Counted from the first letter of the stretch, positions 25,613-40,698 are shown. The stretch: 64,000 bases of DNA from Eledone cirrhosa (GCA_964016885.1 OZ024741.1:83948001-84012000); one strand, 5' to 3'. Numbers and translations: made by a program. The notes: generated by a model from the letters alone, not told the origin.

Positions 25613-26624
25613 TTATATAACACTAGTTACTCATTCTATATCTTCCTCTTTTCTTTTAATTTCTAACCTCTAATCTGTACTGTTTCTTCCTAGATACTTC
25701 TCAATTGTTATTATTACTCACCACAATAACCACTCTTCCTTCTTCCTTCATATCATTGGCCATAAAACTTATTATTACCTTTTAAATACTTTATAGTATT
25801 ACCTTTCAAAATCCTTCGTAAACAAACATTTTTTGACGTTGATTATTCCTCCTCAATTCATTATATTTTTTCTCCCTTTCATGCTCGTCTAACTTTTACA
25901 TATTACATATCACAATACATAAAAACAAACTTAAACCCTAACTAATCTCCTTTATTACATTATATTATTACCATTAGGAAATACTTCATAAACATATATA
26001 TATTGTTGTTAGAGTCTTCTCTTCCTTAAACACTATTTTGTTCTTTGCTTTCTGCGCTCATTTGTAAACAAACTATTTATATATATTACGCATACATATT
26101 ACATTACATAAAACAAACTTAAACACTAACTAATTCCTCTAAATTCATAATTCAGCCACTCTTCTACTTCTTTTCACATTATATCCTTAATAACATTAAT
26201 ATTTTTATTTTAATAATACATATTAACAATTTCTTTTCATCGCACATATTATTAAACCCTTCAATATACAAACCTTAATTTAACATTATTCTTAATTTTT
26301 TTCTCTTCATTAATTATTTTTCTCTTCATCAATTTTCAAATTCTTTTAAATTATATATTATCTTCCAACGGCATTTTAACCTCTCTCTGTGAAACAATAT
26401 ATGTTTCTCAGTTATAAAGGCTATCTCTCCTCCTATCTCATCCTTCCTTATTATACTCCTCCCACACCATTCTTTACTCTCATCTCCTCCTCTTTTTCAT
26501 CCTTTCCACACCCCCTTCATTTTTTCCCCAATATCACACATCAATCTTAAATTACTTTTCATATGTCGATTTAAAACTGCACTATTCACAATTGTTTTTT
26601 TAACCTTCATATCATGTCTCCCTA

Positions 26625-26691
26625 TTTTATCTGACGAAAACGCAAATGTCATCTCATGATGATATTTGTTTTTGAAATGCGCATAATAAAA
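26625..26691 (+). ncRNA. Hammerhead ribozyme family B (sense copy)
   Basis: TTTTAT-CTGACGA-aaacgCAAATGTCATC tcat GATGATATTTGttttt-GAAA-TGCGCA-TA-ATAAAA. Confidence 0.85.
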
Positions 26692-27302
26692 TACATGGAA
26701 CACTTTTAACCATCTTTTGATCTTATATTATATATATATATATTTACCATAACACTACAGCAATGTGACGGCTTCTGTTGATAATTATGCCATTGATATA
26801 ATGATGATAATGAAAATATTGACCATGATGATGATTAGGATGATAATGAGAATAATGATGATTTTGACCAGTATTATCATTTTCATGTGGTGTTGAAAAT
26901 TATTACAAATGTAATGATGATGAGGACAAGGACCACTATGATGGTGATGATGTTGTGATAACGACGATGACGATGAATAGGAGGAAAACTAAGAAGTTGA
27001 TGATGATGCTGATGCTGATGATGATGGTGATGATGATGTAGATAATGGTGATATTGATGATGATGACGGTGATGATGGTGATGTTGAGAGTCATGACGTC
27101 GACAGTGTTGACAATGATGATCATGGCAATTACGATGACGAAGGCAACGAGCATTATACTATTTTAGTAAAGCTGTTTATAGCTATTTATAATATTGAAA
27201 GAGAATATAATGGAAAATTATAAATCTCGTGACAGTTTAGAGACGACAGAAAGAAAATAAAAACTACAGAAACATGGTGTAATAACAATAATAATAATAA
27301 TG

Positions 27303-28360
27303 ATTTCATTTATTGGCCACAAGGGCCGAGATATAGGGGACAATACAAAAGACTGGGACAGTGGGGTTTTAGAGAAAAGTTGAGTAAACAATATGAATAA
27401 CAATAACAAAGTAACAAGAAAAATACAACAAGAACAATTCCCCAATATGGGAGATGACCACACAGGGTTCGCTCAGGTACCCCACCAATCCTGAACGACC
27501 CGACGCTTCGAGAGCATGTGGGAAGGGCACCCCACTTCCCCTCAAATTCACCAGCCTACAGCCGCATGATCAGAGTAGGCCCAGTCATGCGAGCCATTCT
27601 CGTCACATTCACTCACCTTTCAGCAAATATACTGAGGGGCAGCACTTCTCTCTCCACCTTCACCCACCTTTCCAAATGAAATTTGAAAAATTTGATGACG
27701 GATTGGCCGAAAAGAAAAGTGTCTGACTTCAGTCCTTTCAACCTGGTCCACCATACAACCTCTTTCTCTACTGCCACCAGACAGGGGAAATTTGCCTGTC
27801 CTTCGTGGTCAAAAGAAGGCGGCGGGTCGATCTCCATTATGGACTCGGTTGTTTGCTGGATCTGTTCTACACACGGCAACAGCTGTTCGAGATATGTCTG
27901 TAAGTCAATAAAACCTGGACACTAGATGAGTCCGTACAGAGGGCATGCTTGACAAACCGAGCTCATGATCAGAAACTGTTCCAATAGGTGACCATTTACT
28001 CTGACCACCAAAAGATGCCACTGTGCATTGCAGTGAACCAGCCTATGATGACGGGTCAGAAACTGACAATTTGAGCACAGCATCCAAGTGTCAATGGTCG
28101 ACATTATCAAAAGATTTAGAATTGACCAGAGTCTCAACGAAGCTAGGTTTACTCTCTACCCTATCTATGATATCTGGCATGAGGTGTAGGTTGCTATGTA
28201 TAAACCTACACGGGATCACTCCAAAATCTTAAACACGCTAATGAGCAGAAGTATGGGCTGCTATTTGGTATTTCTCTTTTACTTGATTTCAGTTGAACCC
28301 CCACTGTCCCTGTTTAGTGTATCGTCCCCTATATCTCAGCCCTTGTGGCCAATACATGAA
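27303..28360 (-). mobile_element. L1/Tx1-like LINE ORF2 C-terminal remnant bounded by ~65-bp inverted repeats
   Basis: Minus-strand fragments include MPDIIDRV and CLVAVEKEVVWWTRLKG..FFKFHLERWVKVER. Arms at 27303-27372 and 28295-28360. Confidence 0.6.
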
Positions 28361-28416
28361 ACTATTATCAGTAACAGTAGTAGTAGCAGCAGCAGCAGCA
28401 GCAGAATCATCATCAT

Positions 28417-28503
<87 letters not shown>

Positions 28504-28529
28504 CATTAGTAAGAGCAGCAGTAGCAGCC

Positions 28530-28598
<69 letters not shown>

Positions 28599-28869
28599 TT
28601 CACGTGTTATTGTATTTGTTAGCGTGTTCTTGCCGTTATTTGCATAACTTTTGATTGTCTCTATGTATATGCATGAGTGATGTATTTGCCAGTGTGTTTG
28701 CGTTTGTTTTGAAATTTGTGTGAATCTGTGTGTATGTATGCGTAGTTTAGTGACGTCGTTATGTGTTAGTCTAAAATCGTTTCTAACGTGTCTTGTGATT
28801 CTTATACATCATTTCACATTTATGTATCTAAAGCTGTCCACCTTAATTGTATTACAAGCTGACTATAAT

Positions 28870-28915
<46 letters not shown>

Positions 28916-29689
28916 GTTTGTGTGTGTGTTTGTGTATACATACATATCAAATACGTGTATATTTATACATATGTGCATATGTGTGTGTATACATGTTTAT
29001 ATATATATATATATATGCCTATGAATATGCCTGTGACTGTAAGCATCTATGTATGAAACAGGCAACGAAGAAATGGGTGTATATTTCTCTAAGAAAACCA
29101 TAAAGGAAAAAGATAAAAACAATATGACCTTTATATTTTCAGAACTAATTTTTATAGAGAAAACTTATGTTCATATTTAAAATATAAGAAACACCATTTT
29201 CTTCTATTAATCATCAATTAATACTTTTCATACTATTAACACTAACATGGCTGTATCTGATTATTTCTTATCATATTAGTGCTTTAGCTCTTCAGACATT
29301 ATTTAAGGAAGTAATTTATGGTTTCTATGACATCTAAGCTATATATTAATGGTTATTATCTTATGAACTACACATTTATATTTCTTATTTTTTTTTGTAT
29401 GAAATCATGAATAATCAAGTCAACAGGGTGAAAGTCGGAGATCAGCACATGATATTTAATTGTGCACCATATATTCTGCAATTATATTGTATTGACTTCT
29501 TGACAAAGTACTTAAATTTACTATGGAAAAAAGGAGATTGGCCGTTAATTCGTGGTAGAGACAGAAAGGCGTTGTCCTGATTCACGGCGTGTCATGGGCA
29601 ATTTAGATACCATGAAACAGTACCTCTCTAGGTATGAACACAGCTAATTCCTTCAGAGAAGAGGTGAGAGTGATAAAAAGTGACAATGA

Positions 29690-29835
29690 TTAATTTAGGA
29701 TGAATCAACCTATTATTGCACTGGTAATTCATCGTCCTTGAAATTTGACCTGGAAGGAACTAGACTCATATCACATTACACCGGAAAACATACAAATGTA
29801 ACTAACTCGTCACAGTTACGACTCTGCCAATCCAG
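29690..29835 (-). mobile_element. Old degenerate SINE copy
   Basis: gcactggtaattcatcgtcc...tttgacc...ctgccaatcc resembles the SINE reverse complement. Confidence 0.5.
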
Positions 29836-30311
29836 CCCTGCTATTGTATTTATTATTCCGTTAGCCAATTATATTTATTATAGCTTTAACTAATTTATTT
29901 TGTCACTAAACATTATTAGATGACAATTCAAAATTGGAGAGGGAATTCGGAAGCCTGGACTCTCAAGGGTCCAATGGAAAATTGATCCCTTAGAACCATC
30001 TGTCTATTCTGTCACCCTTGAATCAAAGTGGAGCTTTCCTACATCTAAAATTGCTACAGTAAAGTATTAAATCCAATAACCCGTTATAGTGTCTATCATC
30101 TATTTCGCAAACGAAACGAAAGTTTCCCTGTCTAAGAATATCTTGTCATTTTCAATTATAAGATGCAAATTGGAATATATTAAATATAGCATATATTCTA
30201 TATATGGTAAGTTCTTGCATAAATTATTAACGTTGGAGAATAATTCTGCGGTGATATTTATATATGTATGTGTTTATCTATGTTTGTATGAATGTGTGTG
30301 TGTGCGTGTGC

Positions 30312-30386
<75 letters not shown>

Positions 30387-30617
30387 TGTGTGTGTGTGTA
30401 TCAGTGAATGTATGAGCGTATATATAAAAGTAAGACAGGTGTGTATAAATGTATGAAATGTGTGCATGCATATGCAATTAAGTGACTCTGGAGGTTTTCC
30501 TATCTATATTCATATTTCACGATGAATATCATTCCATGCAACGTTGAGATAATAATTACGTACACACACATATACACACATAGACACACATACACACACA
30601 TGCACACACACGCAGAC

Positions 30618-30661
<44 letters not shown>

Positions 30662-31046
30662 CAACCAGCAGGTGACCTAGGGGCAGACTCCGAGCAAGAT
30701 GGTTGTGTAACATCCATGGTCTCGCTTGGGTATCCAAGTAACAGAGAAAGGGCAAACAAGGACAAAGATATGAACTCTCCTCTCAAAATATGTATGTAAA
30801 AATTAATCATTTTATTATTATTATTTGTATAAATATGGAACTTAACCATATTATGCATATCGCGGTTGACAATGCATATAATGCTGAAACCGGTACCATT
30901 ATCAAATGGGGAAATATCCTCTTTATAAATAAATATGTGTTTTGATATTACACCGAAAGAATCACTTCAGTATTTTCAACTGAACAAATCTTTTTGCTTT
31001 CTACTATTTGTTTTTATATATCAACTCGTGTGTCACTTTTCTACAT

Positions 31047-31127
<81 letters not shown>

Positions 31128-32082
31128 CACGGTCATTTCTTGCTCGCAAGTCTACTACTTTGTGTATACATACATATTAATACGAACTTAGTTTCCCATT
31201 GCATCATTGAAGAAACGGCCGAAGCTATGTGCGTTCTATTCGACTTACTTCATTTACTAATTACATATATATACTGTCATTCCATGTTAAATAACCCAGA
31301 GGGTCCCAGGTCACCCTTCATATCCCCCTGAAAAAATTCATACTAGCTCCTCTGATGAAAAAATATGATGGAAAAATATCAAGTAGTAGGTCAATATCTT
31401 TGATAGTTTTGAAATTGTAGGCCTTTAAAATATCATTTAAAATATTTTTATTTTTACTATATTGGTAGATAACATGATGTTTTATATCAATGCTTTATGA
31501 ATAAGTTGATCCGTTACAAAGCGCTGACAAATGAATTTCGAAAAATTCACAAATCTGAGGAGAAGCTCAGCAACGAAAGCAAATTTCTGTCACATCATCT
31601 GCCTGCAGGGGTTTAAGAATGTATGGCAAAAATTTGAAATTGATAGTGAACTGCCCACATGGTCAACTAAGGGCTTCAAATGGTGATTTTGTAAAGAAAT
31701 TTTGAAATCGCACATATTTCAAAGAATTATTCTGACACTCCCTTAATAGTACCTAACATAGTTACTGCTCGGGAATGGTCTACTATATGCTAAGTAACAG
31801 GAAAACAATTGTGGTTGCTTTGTCTACGAGGCATACATTTGCTGTACGTGTAATTCTTGGCAATTTTCAGAGGCCTGTAGATATACAAGATACACTTGAT
31901 GTGATAAGATATCTGAACTCTACAGAAAAAGTAACCACCGAAGACATGATTTCAAAGTTGAGCTTGCCTTATGAGAGAAGAAATGGCTGTCTCAAGTTGG
32001 TCCGAGAGACTCGTTCGGAAGAAATATGTAAAATTGATTAATATTTTAAAGGCCTACGATTTCAAAACTATCAAAGATATAT

Positions 32083-32160
32083 ATTACCCACTCTACTACC
32101 CCAAGTATTGAGTACTTTGGTATGTTATGGTCCACCTGGTTCCTTACCACATTTCCTTCG

Positions 32161-32165
<5 letters not shown>
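32083..32165 (-). mobile_element. Family H element fragment
   Basis: Reverse complement of 11161-11242. Confidence 0.85.
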
Positions 32166-32235
<70 letters not shown>

Positions 32236-32291
32236 CATATATATACATATATATACATATAAATATATATACATACATATATATATATATT

Positions 32292-32323
<32 letters not shown>

Positions 32324-32595
32324 AATATTTAATATAGAAATGGCTTCTACAGGGCTAGAAATGTTTCATTCGGGTGAAAGCATCAAGAAGCCGACTGTCC
32401 AAATAATGTAGTTGTATGTATACCTTTTCTGGTGGTAGGAAAGAGTGATGATTGGTATGGGTGGAGGTCATTGTTTGATAGATTTAAAGAAAAGGGAATT
32501 ATTTAAAAACTATATTTAAAGAACAAAGGCAGAAATAATTCAAGCTAAGTGTCTGTAAGCAAGAAAGAGTTTCATTTGTACATCCATATTTATTT

Positions 32596-32675
<80 letters not shown>

Positions 32676-32869
32676 GGTTAGTTCTACAATGAATTTGCAA
32701 ACAATACTTGAGAACGCACGTTTCACCCAATGGATTCTCAAGTCGTTGGGTGAAACGCGCGTCCTCCAGTATGGTGTGCTAATCTGCTGTGGAACTAACT
32801 TTCGACCGAAATCGTCCTATGGCCTGCATGCTCTACTTACTATGGATATAACCTTCCGTTGCTTTACCA

Positions 32870-33325
<456 letters not shown>

Positions 33326-33499
33326 ATATCTGTTAGAACACGAAAAGTGTGAAACAACAGAATGTTCACTTTTAGTGTTCTAACATATATGGGTAACTTC
33401 TTCATAAATTTTCCGGGGATAGCCGTGGTGGTGGTGATCGTATGTCATTGGCTAATTTTCAACCAATCAGAGTAAGTGTTGATATATATATATATATAT

Positions 33500-33870
33500 A
33501 TATATATACTATTCCCCCTCTCTCTATATATATCTTACGCTTTCGCTTTACACTCCTCCCCTTCAATAACACATTTCCCCCTCTCTATATATCTCTTATA
33601 CTGTTACACTTATATTTCCATTTATTTATTCCCCCCTCTCTCTATATCTCTTCCACTGTTACTTACGCCTGTTTCTCTCTATCTGTTCCGTCTCTATATA
33701 TATATCTCTCTTACTCTTTCGCTTTGCACTCCTCCCCTTCAATACCATCTCTCCCCCTCTCTATATATTTGTTACTCTATCGCTGCACGCTCCTCTCCTT
33801 CAATATATCAATTACACACTTACGCTGTACACTCCTTTATCCCCAGCGCCCCTATATATATACCCCCCCG
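33500..33870. repeat. CT-rich minisatellite
   Basis: Recurring cgctttacactcctccccttcaata...ctctctatatata unit. Confidence 0.75.
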
Positions 33871-34371
33871 CATCTATATTTTAATGTTCTGTTGCACCGT
33901 GAATATATGTGTCTATATATATATACATATATATTGTATATACACATTCATGTATGTGTATACACACTCATGTATGTATATACACTGGTTTTATGTGTGT
34001 ATTGTAAATTTGTACTGTTAAAACACGAAACTAACATTCGATTGACACTTTGATTACCTGTACAGGCAATAGTTATTAGAATGCTGTTGAAGTGTGTATA
34101 TAACATGCTTATAATATTGGTTGTATCATATTTACTTGTATATTTGTCTATATTGTTTGTTTTGTGTTAAATTATTTTATTATTATTATGTTGGATTATT
34201 TTTTTTATTATTATGTTAAACTATTTGTATGTAATATTTAATTTTTTTATTAATTCAACTATAATAATCGACATATGAAATTTAAATCAACAATAGGAGA
34301 AAAAAAAAATCTTATTGCACAAACAATAATTCTGCACAAATGTTGCTCCATTATTAGATCTAATGTGGATC

Positions 34372-34560
34372 AGGGCGGTGGATTGGCAGTATCGGTAGAG
34401 GGTCGGACGCCATGCTTTCTAGCATAGTTACGTCCCTTTACGATCTGAGTTCAAATCCCGCCGAGGTTGACTTTGCCTTTCATCCTTACGGGGTCGATAA
34501 AATAAAGTACCAGTGAGGCACTGGGTAGTTGCTGGCCTTGTGCCTAAAGTAGAAACAATT
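34372..34560 (+). mobile_element. Octopus-type tRNA-derived Nin-core SINE, full length and young
   Basis: A-box-like tggcagtatcggtag, B-box-like gagttcaaatcc and Nin core. 16-bp TSD ttattagatctaatgt at 34351-34366 and 34559-34574. Confidence 0.93.
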
Positions 34561-34749
34561 ATTAGATCTAATGTTGCAACGATACAGTTAAATGTTATCT
34601 GTGTATTTTAAAAAAGATTTGCTTATAATCTTTTCAAATTTCATTACGCCAATGATTCAAGCTCAAATTGACATTATCTAAAAAATTGTACAAACAGCGG
34701 TGGATTAGCAGTAGTGAACAGATAAATCAGTCAATTTATTAAGATTGAC

Positions 34750-35230
34750 TTGGCATCAATCAGCAAGACCTTCATTAGCTGCTCTCCAGCCATCTATTTA
34801 AAGCTGTATACATCTATGGTACGAATACACTTGGAGTTCGCGTCATCAGTCTGGAACCCCTATCTTGCTCAGAACATTGACCTCCTGGAAACTGTTCAGA
34901 GACATGCAACCAAGCGCATACCCTCCATCAGACACCTACCATACCCTGAATATTTTGCTTCCCTCTGGCAATGGACTTGGTAAACACCCACAAAGTTATT
35001 AACCATCCGACCAACAACAACCCCGAACACCTTTTTGATCTCCATGTGTCTAACACGTGGACATGCCTACAAAGTCAGAAAACAACACAGCTCCCATGAC
35101 TTTAGGAAATATTTCTTCATGCTCAGAGTTGCTGAAGGATGGAACAAACTTCCTGCATCAGTTGTTAGCTGATGACACACTGCATCCTTTAAAACCATCA
35201 TACATTCCGAAATACACCAAAACTACACCT
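34750..35230 (+). mobile_element. CR1-like LINE ORF2 C-terminal remnant
   Basis: LYTSMVRIHLEFASSVWNPY..IDLLETVQRHATKRIP, then TRGHAYK..FFMLRVAEGWNKLP. Confidence 0.85.
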
Positions 35231-35859
35231 GATCTCCCCCTACCATACACATGCACATATGTGTATATCATGACTCATGCACTGTTCTTTTTTCCTGACG
35301 TTTTTATATTACCCTATGTATTATATATGCACTTTTGATGAGTTGTAGTGCACCTCAGCATTGTACACAATATTTTCATTATTATTATCATTATTATTAT
35401 TACACTCATTGATCCATTTTGCACTAACTCTGCATCAAGCACCCTCACCTAAATATTAACCAATCAAGGATCCAATACAGCTATCTGTTGGATGAGTATT
35501 GTATAGTGCCAAAAACGAAACCAATCAGTTTAGCAGAAAGTTTCCAGACAAGAAACACGCATATTTTGCTATCCTCAAACACGTTTACACATGGCATGAA
35601 ATATAACTAATCCGAGATGGCTAGGTTTCATCTTCTAACTGGATATACGAAATCCATTATGTCTTGACAACAACATGAGGTAACATTATGTTATTCACAG
35701 ACACACTTTGTACACTGTTCCATATCAGAATGTATTTTCTTCGTCACATTCACAAACAGTATTGAAAATATGTTCTTCGGCAAATAAAAATGTTTTGTTC
35801 ATAATATTTCAACTAGCGATTGCTCTACTCCACGCACGACCACCATAAATTAATGACCA

Positions 35860-36040
35860 GCTCAACACAAGTATTGGTAGAGCGTCAGACACCATGCTTT
35901 GCAGTATTGTTATGGTCCTTTGCATTCTAAGTTCAAATCCTGCCGAGGTTAACTTCGACTTTCATACTTACTAATTCGATAAAATAAAGTACCAGTAATG
36001 GACTGCCGTAATGGATTTGTGCCGAAAAATAGAAACACTA
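35860..36040 (+). mobile_element. Degenerate SINE copy
   Basis: aagttcaaatcctgccgaggttaac...cgataaaataaagtaccag. Confidence 0.75.
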
Positions 36041-36586
36041 TTAATGTGCAATAAGAGCAAAATATAACGACATTGCTCAATTATTTTATCTAATGTTGTA
36101 ATAACACAAGGAAATGTTGTTTGTGTATTTTTTTTTATATTTGCTCATAGGCTTTTACAATTTCGCTCAGCCAACAACTATTAAAAAGTGAGTTGCTTAA
36201 GATAACAATTTAATCACAAATTGTTGCTATCTTTTAATACACTCCAACAAGTCATCAAATTATGTACAATAAAAACAAATCTTATTAATTTGCTCAGGGA
36301 ATATAAAGAAAATGTATATACACTGATAATTGCAATTGTATGTAAATATTTTGTTTTTGTATTGTTTATTTTATGTTTTCTATTATGTATAATATATTGA
36401 TTTAATATTGATTGTTTTTTGTAGTTGTTTATATTAAAAGTCTGAAAATATTTTTATACATCTTACACTAATAAGATAATTTATAATAACAATTACATAA
36501 TCTAATTACATTACAACGATAATTTATTATTAATATATATCCTGTTTAACTAGAGTTATTACAAGCGTTGCCTTAAAAAAAATTAA

Positions 36587-37540
36587 ACTAGACATGAAAA
36601 ATGCACAAGCTCAAAAGTGCCACAGAATGTTATAATAAACCTTCAAAAGTGTGGGACTAGAGTTGTTGCTAAAAAATATTGTAATCATTATATATCGTAC
36701 ATTCTGTGGCATACTTTATAAAAATAGCTTAAACCAACGAAGCCTTTATTTTTACGCTATTTCACTTAGTTAATTCTTAGAGTGTAACATATAAAAATAA
36801 ATACATCTATGTTTAATGTAATAACCGCTATAAATAATTACGTAATATTATTATCATATACTCATAGTAACAAATAATTGTGTTGAAAATTAATATGATG
36901 CTTATATGAACGATCAAATCTATAATGATAATTTCTTAAATATACTAATAGTAAAATAATTTAGTTATCTATTGTTACATTTTCATAGAACTATAATATT
37001 AACAATCGTATTGCATTATCAAATTTTTATCACTACAAACTTTCATATTGGAATTACCTTAAGCCACTTATTATTACTTCGCTTTCGTACTTTTACAGCT
37101 GTAGATATTGCGCTGTATCTTATATCTAATATCAATATCTCATGGTAATTTGCATGCAGTGTAAAATAGGTTTATTAATAACTTTAATATGAAATGTATT
37201 ATACAGGGCTGCGGAGTCGGCCAAAAATTGACTGGCTCCAACTCAGGATCCGATACTCCATTATTTCCTAAATTTCAGCTCCGCAGCTCTGTTATTATAT
37301 TAATTAATTTATTTTATAGTTGTAAATCATATTTTTATATGTTACACTCTAAGAATTAACTAAGTGAAATAGCGTAAAAATAAAGGCTTCGTTGGTTTAA
37401 GCTATTTTTATAAAGGATGCCACAGAATGTACGATATATAATGATTACAATATTTTTTAGCAACAACTCTAGTCCCACACTTTTGAAGGCTTATTATAAC
37501 ATTCTGTGGCACTTTTGAGCTTGCGCATTTTTCATGTCTA

Positions 37541-37542
<2 letters not shown>
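36587..37542. repeat. Near-perfect foldback (arms 36587-36798 and 37330-37542)
   Basis: About 212-bp arms with very few mismatches; right end abuts (TA)n. Confidence 0.93.
37203..37290. mobile_element. Tiny hAT-like MITE
   Basis: TIRs cagggctgcggag / ctccgcagctctg; near 8-bp TSD gtattata/ttattata. Confidence 0.55.
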
Positions 37543-37602
<60 letters not shown>

Positions 37603-38014
37603 TATATTTTAATATATATATATATACGCATGATGGTGAACTATTAATCTGTGAGAATCCTGGTTATCGAGTTGAGCTCTGCTGAGGATTGAATTCCAAC
37701 CGTGACCATCTCCACTGAAAGTTTTAATGAAATAGTCTTTAAGACTATACAGAGCATTTGAAGTTTTTCCAAATTGAAGGATGAGTATTTTAAACTTTAT
37801 TTTATCATGAGTTAAGGCTCTATTGATTTTTCCCTGGATTTGACTAAATTCTGTGGATGAATTTATATCCTGATTCTCTTTGTGATGAGTTCGAATTATT
37901 TTTCCCACATCTTACGTTAACTATTTTTCCCATTTTGACGCTATAGTCACTTATGTATTATGGAGTGCTGTTGGCTTTTCGCTGCAGTGTTTTCTATACC
38001 TTTCATTTATATAT

Positions 38015-38381
<367 letters not shown>

Positions 38382-38772
38382 TTAGGGTGGCCCTTATTTT
38401 TCAACTTTCTAAAAGTTTAGCTCCCACCTCCCTATCTTGTTTCAATTAACAAAGATGTTTCAATCTATGCAAAATGGTAGCTCAAGCGGACAACTGCAAG
38501 ACGACCCTCATCGTTTGTGAAAGTTTGAAGTTTTCGTCCGGAAGTCATCTTTTCAGCTAAAAAATGTTTATGTCTTATATAATTTTCTCTTAAATTAAAA
38601 ACTATTTCAGACTGATTCTTGGTATTAGAAGGATAAGTGACAAATATAATCGGGAAGGCAACTTGCAACGTTGGGGACAGGGCGCAGGTATAGGGCAAAC
38701 ACCTATTTTTCGCTGGGGGAGTAGCAAAATTTAAACTTTCGGAAAATTACCTATTGTTAAGTGCTCCCCTAA
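38382..38772 (+). mobile_element. Non-autonomous hATm-like DNA transposon
   Basis: TIRs ttagggtggccctta / taagtgctcccctaa. The right subterminal sequence is shared with 40650-40703. Confidence 0.65.
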
Positions 38773-38983
38773 TATACATATATCCGTATGTGGTTGACAG
38801 CTGAGAGAAATGGGTACTCGGTATTGAGTAATATATATATATATATATATGCAAAAGTTCTATTTAAAGTTGTTGGGATACAACAAGTAAATATTCGTAT
38901 AACTGATATAAAGCACTCGACAAGTTTTTGGAGTAGATATACGATATTAATAAATGGAAACTATATTTATAAAACCATATTTA

Positions 38984-39044
38984 TTTCATTATACATATTT
39001 CAGGGATACCACATTAAATTATGGTATGCCTTCATCAGATAAAA
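38984..39044 (-). ncRNA. Hammerhead ribozyme family C
   Basis: Minus strand: TTTTAT-CTGATGA-AGGc ATACCATA attta aTGTGGTAT cCCT-GAAA-tatgta-TA-ATGAAA. Confidence 0.85.
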
Positions 39045-39198
39045 TACAATATATAACAGTTTTACAAATAGCTTTGACGTACCCTTTTAAAATACAACCA
39101 TTACTTTTGAAGGCTGTCTGTAATGGTTGTATTTTAAAGTAATGGTTGTATTTTAAAAGGGTACGTCAAAGCTATTTGTAAAACTGTTATATATTGTA

Positions 39199-39259
39199 TT
39201 TTATCTGATGAAAGCATACCATAATTTAATGTGGTATCCCTGAAATATGTATAATGAAA
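39199..39259 (+). ncRNA. Hammerhead ribozyme family C (mirror copy)
   Basis: Same motif on the + strand, with one substitution (aagc versus aggc). Confidence 0.8.
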
Positions 39260-39300
39260 TAAATATGGTTTTATAAATATAGTTTCCATTTATTAATATC

Positions 39301-39402
<102 letters not shown>

Positions 39403-39659
39403 GTATGTATATATATGTGTGTGATATGTATATATATATATATATATACACTCCTTACTATCCTTGCTTTCATATTTCTCCTGCTCTCCTTTTCTCATTG
39501 TATTTGTATATAAACAAGTATATAGATACAAGGAGAACAAGGATAAAAGGAGAGCAATGAGAGAAACGGAGAGTAAGGAGAGGACGAGAAACGGATAGCA
39601 AGGAGAGCAAGGAGTACATTAAGAAAAGGAGACCCAAGAGAGCAATGAGAGGTTAAGGA

Positions 39660-40698
39660 AAATAAGTTATGCTGGAAGTGGACAAATGTGATAAAATCAA
39701 CTGAAGAGGTACATTGTGCACCAAAATGACTTTTCTTCCTTTACAAAATCGAGTTTTCGTCTCTTGGTACAAAAAGTTTCTTCACGAGATCTTCTATCAG
39801 CACGGACGAAGACCCTTCATCATGGAAAGATGATCCTGGTTACAAAAGTAGACTTGAAAAACTTGAGAAGACAGTTGTTGTGAATGATGTTGCAGAAAGA
39901 GGTGTCAACCTAGTTCAGGATTACAATAACATTCTCACAAAACATGAAACTGAGCAACAATTTGTTTTACAGATCGTTACCGAAAACCGTAAAACTTACC
40001 CAACTGCCACTAAATCCTCTCTTATCCGAAAATAATTGATTCTACTTTTGGCACAAGGCCAGCAATTACCCAGTGCATTACTGGTACTTTATTTTATCGA
40101 CTCCGTTAAAATGAAAGGTAAACTTAACCTCGGCGGGATTTGAACTCAGAATGGCAAGGGCCGTAACTCTATGCGTCAAAGCATGGCGTCCGACCCTCTA
40201 TCGATACTGCCAATCCACTACTCTCTTATGCAAACATAATGTTCAAATTCCAGTGTTCAGTGTTCACATTATGTTTTTGATTCTATAGAAATTATTGTTG
40301 TAAATAAAAATGCATTTCTCTTACAGAAGTGTTGTGCTTTATTAAGAAAACCTAATATTTCTTAATGTGTTTCATGTTATTTCAGTAAGTTTTCAAATCA
40401 ACTGAGAAAATTTGATTCAGAATGTTTTTAGACATTTGCTCGAGTTGCTTGGATGTGTCCACATAAATGTCTCTAAGAAGAAAAAAGAAAATGGTCGAGA
40501 TAGGAAACAGTATACCGCTTTTGAACATAATCGTTACGTATAATATGTTCCAACTTAAAGGCGTTTGAGGGTCGCCTAGCAATTAGCTGATTGAGCTGAA
40601 ACTTTGCACACCCTTTTTCATTGTGGCTTGACTCAAGAGTAAGGGTTGGGAGTAGCAACATTTTAATTTTCGGAAAATTACCTATTGCTAAGGGCCAT

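Larger units (their letters stand above)
24810..26732 (+). mobile_element. 5'-truncated PLE with inverted 5' pseudo-LTR (family B) and internal SINE
   Basis: GIY-YIG C-terminus at 25000-25282 (NTALSELIWSLKDKNINYNISW..CNLCLCEKFTI). Inverted arms about 24896-24999 and 26627-26730. Confidence 0.88.

Noticed and set aside
31396-32079. Short inverted repeat (31396-31425 and 32041-32079) around an 88-aa ORF
   Set aside because: Probably subterminal repeats of an old DNA transposon; too little evidence to classify.
37609-37908. 99-aa minus-strand ORF
   Set aside because: No recognisable domain or splice context, and it runs into a TA repeat.
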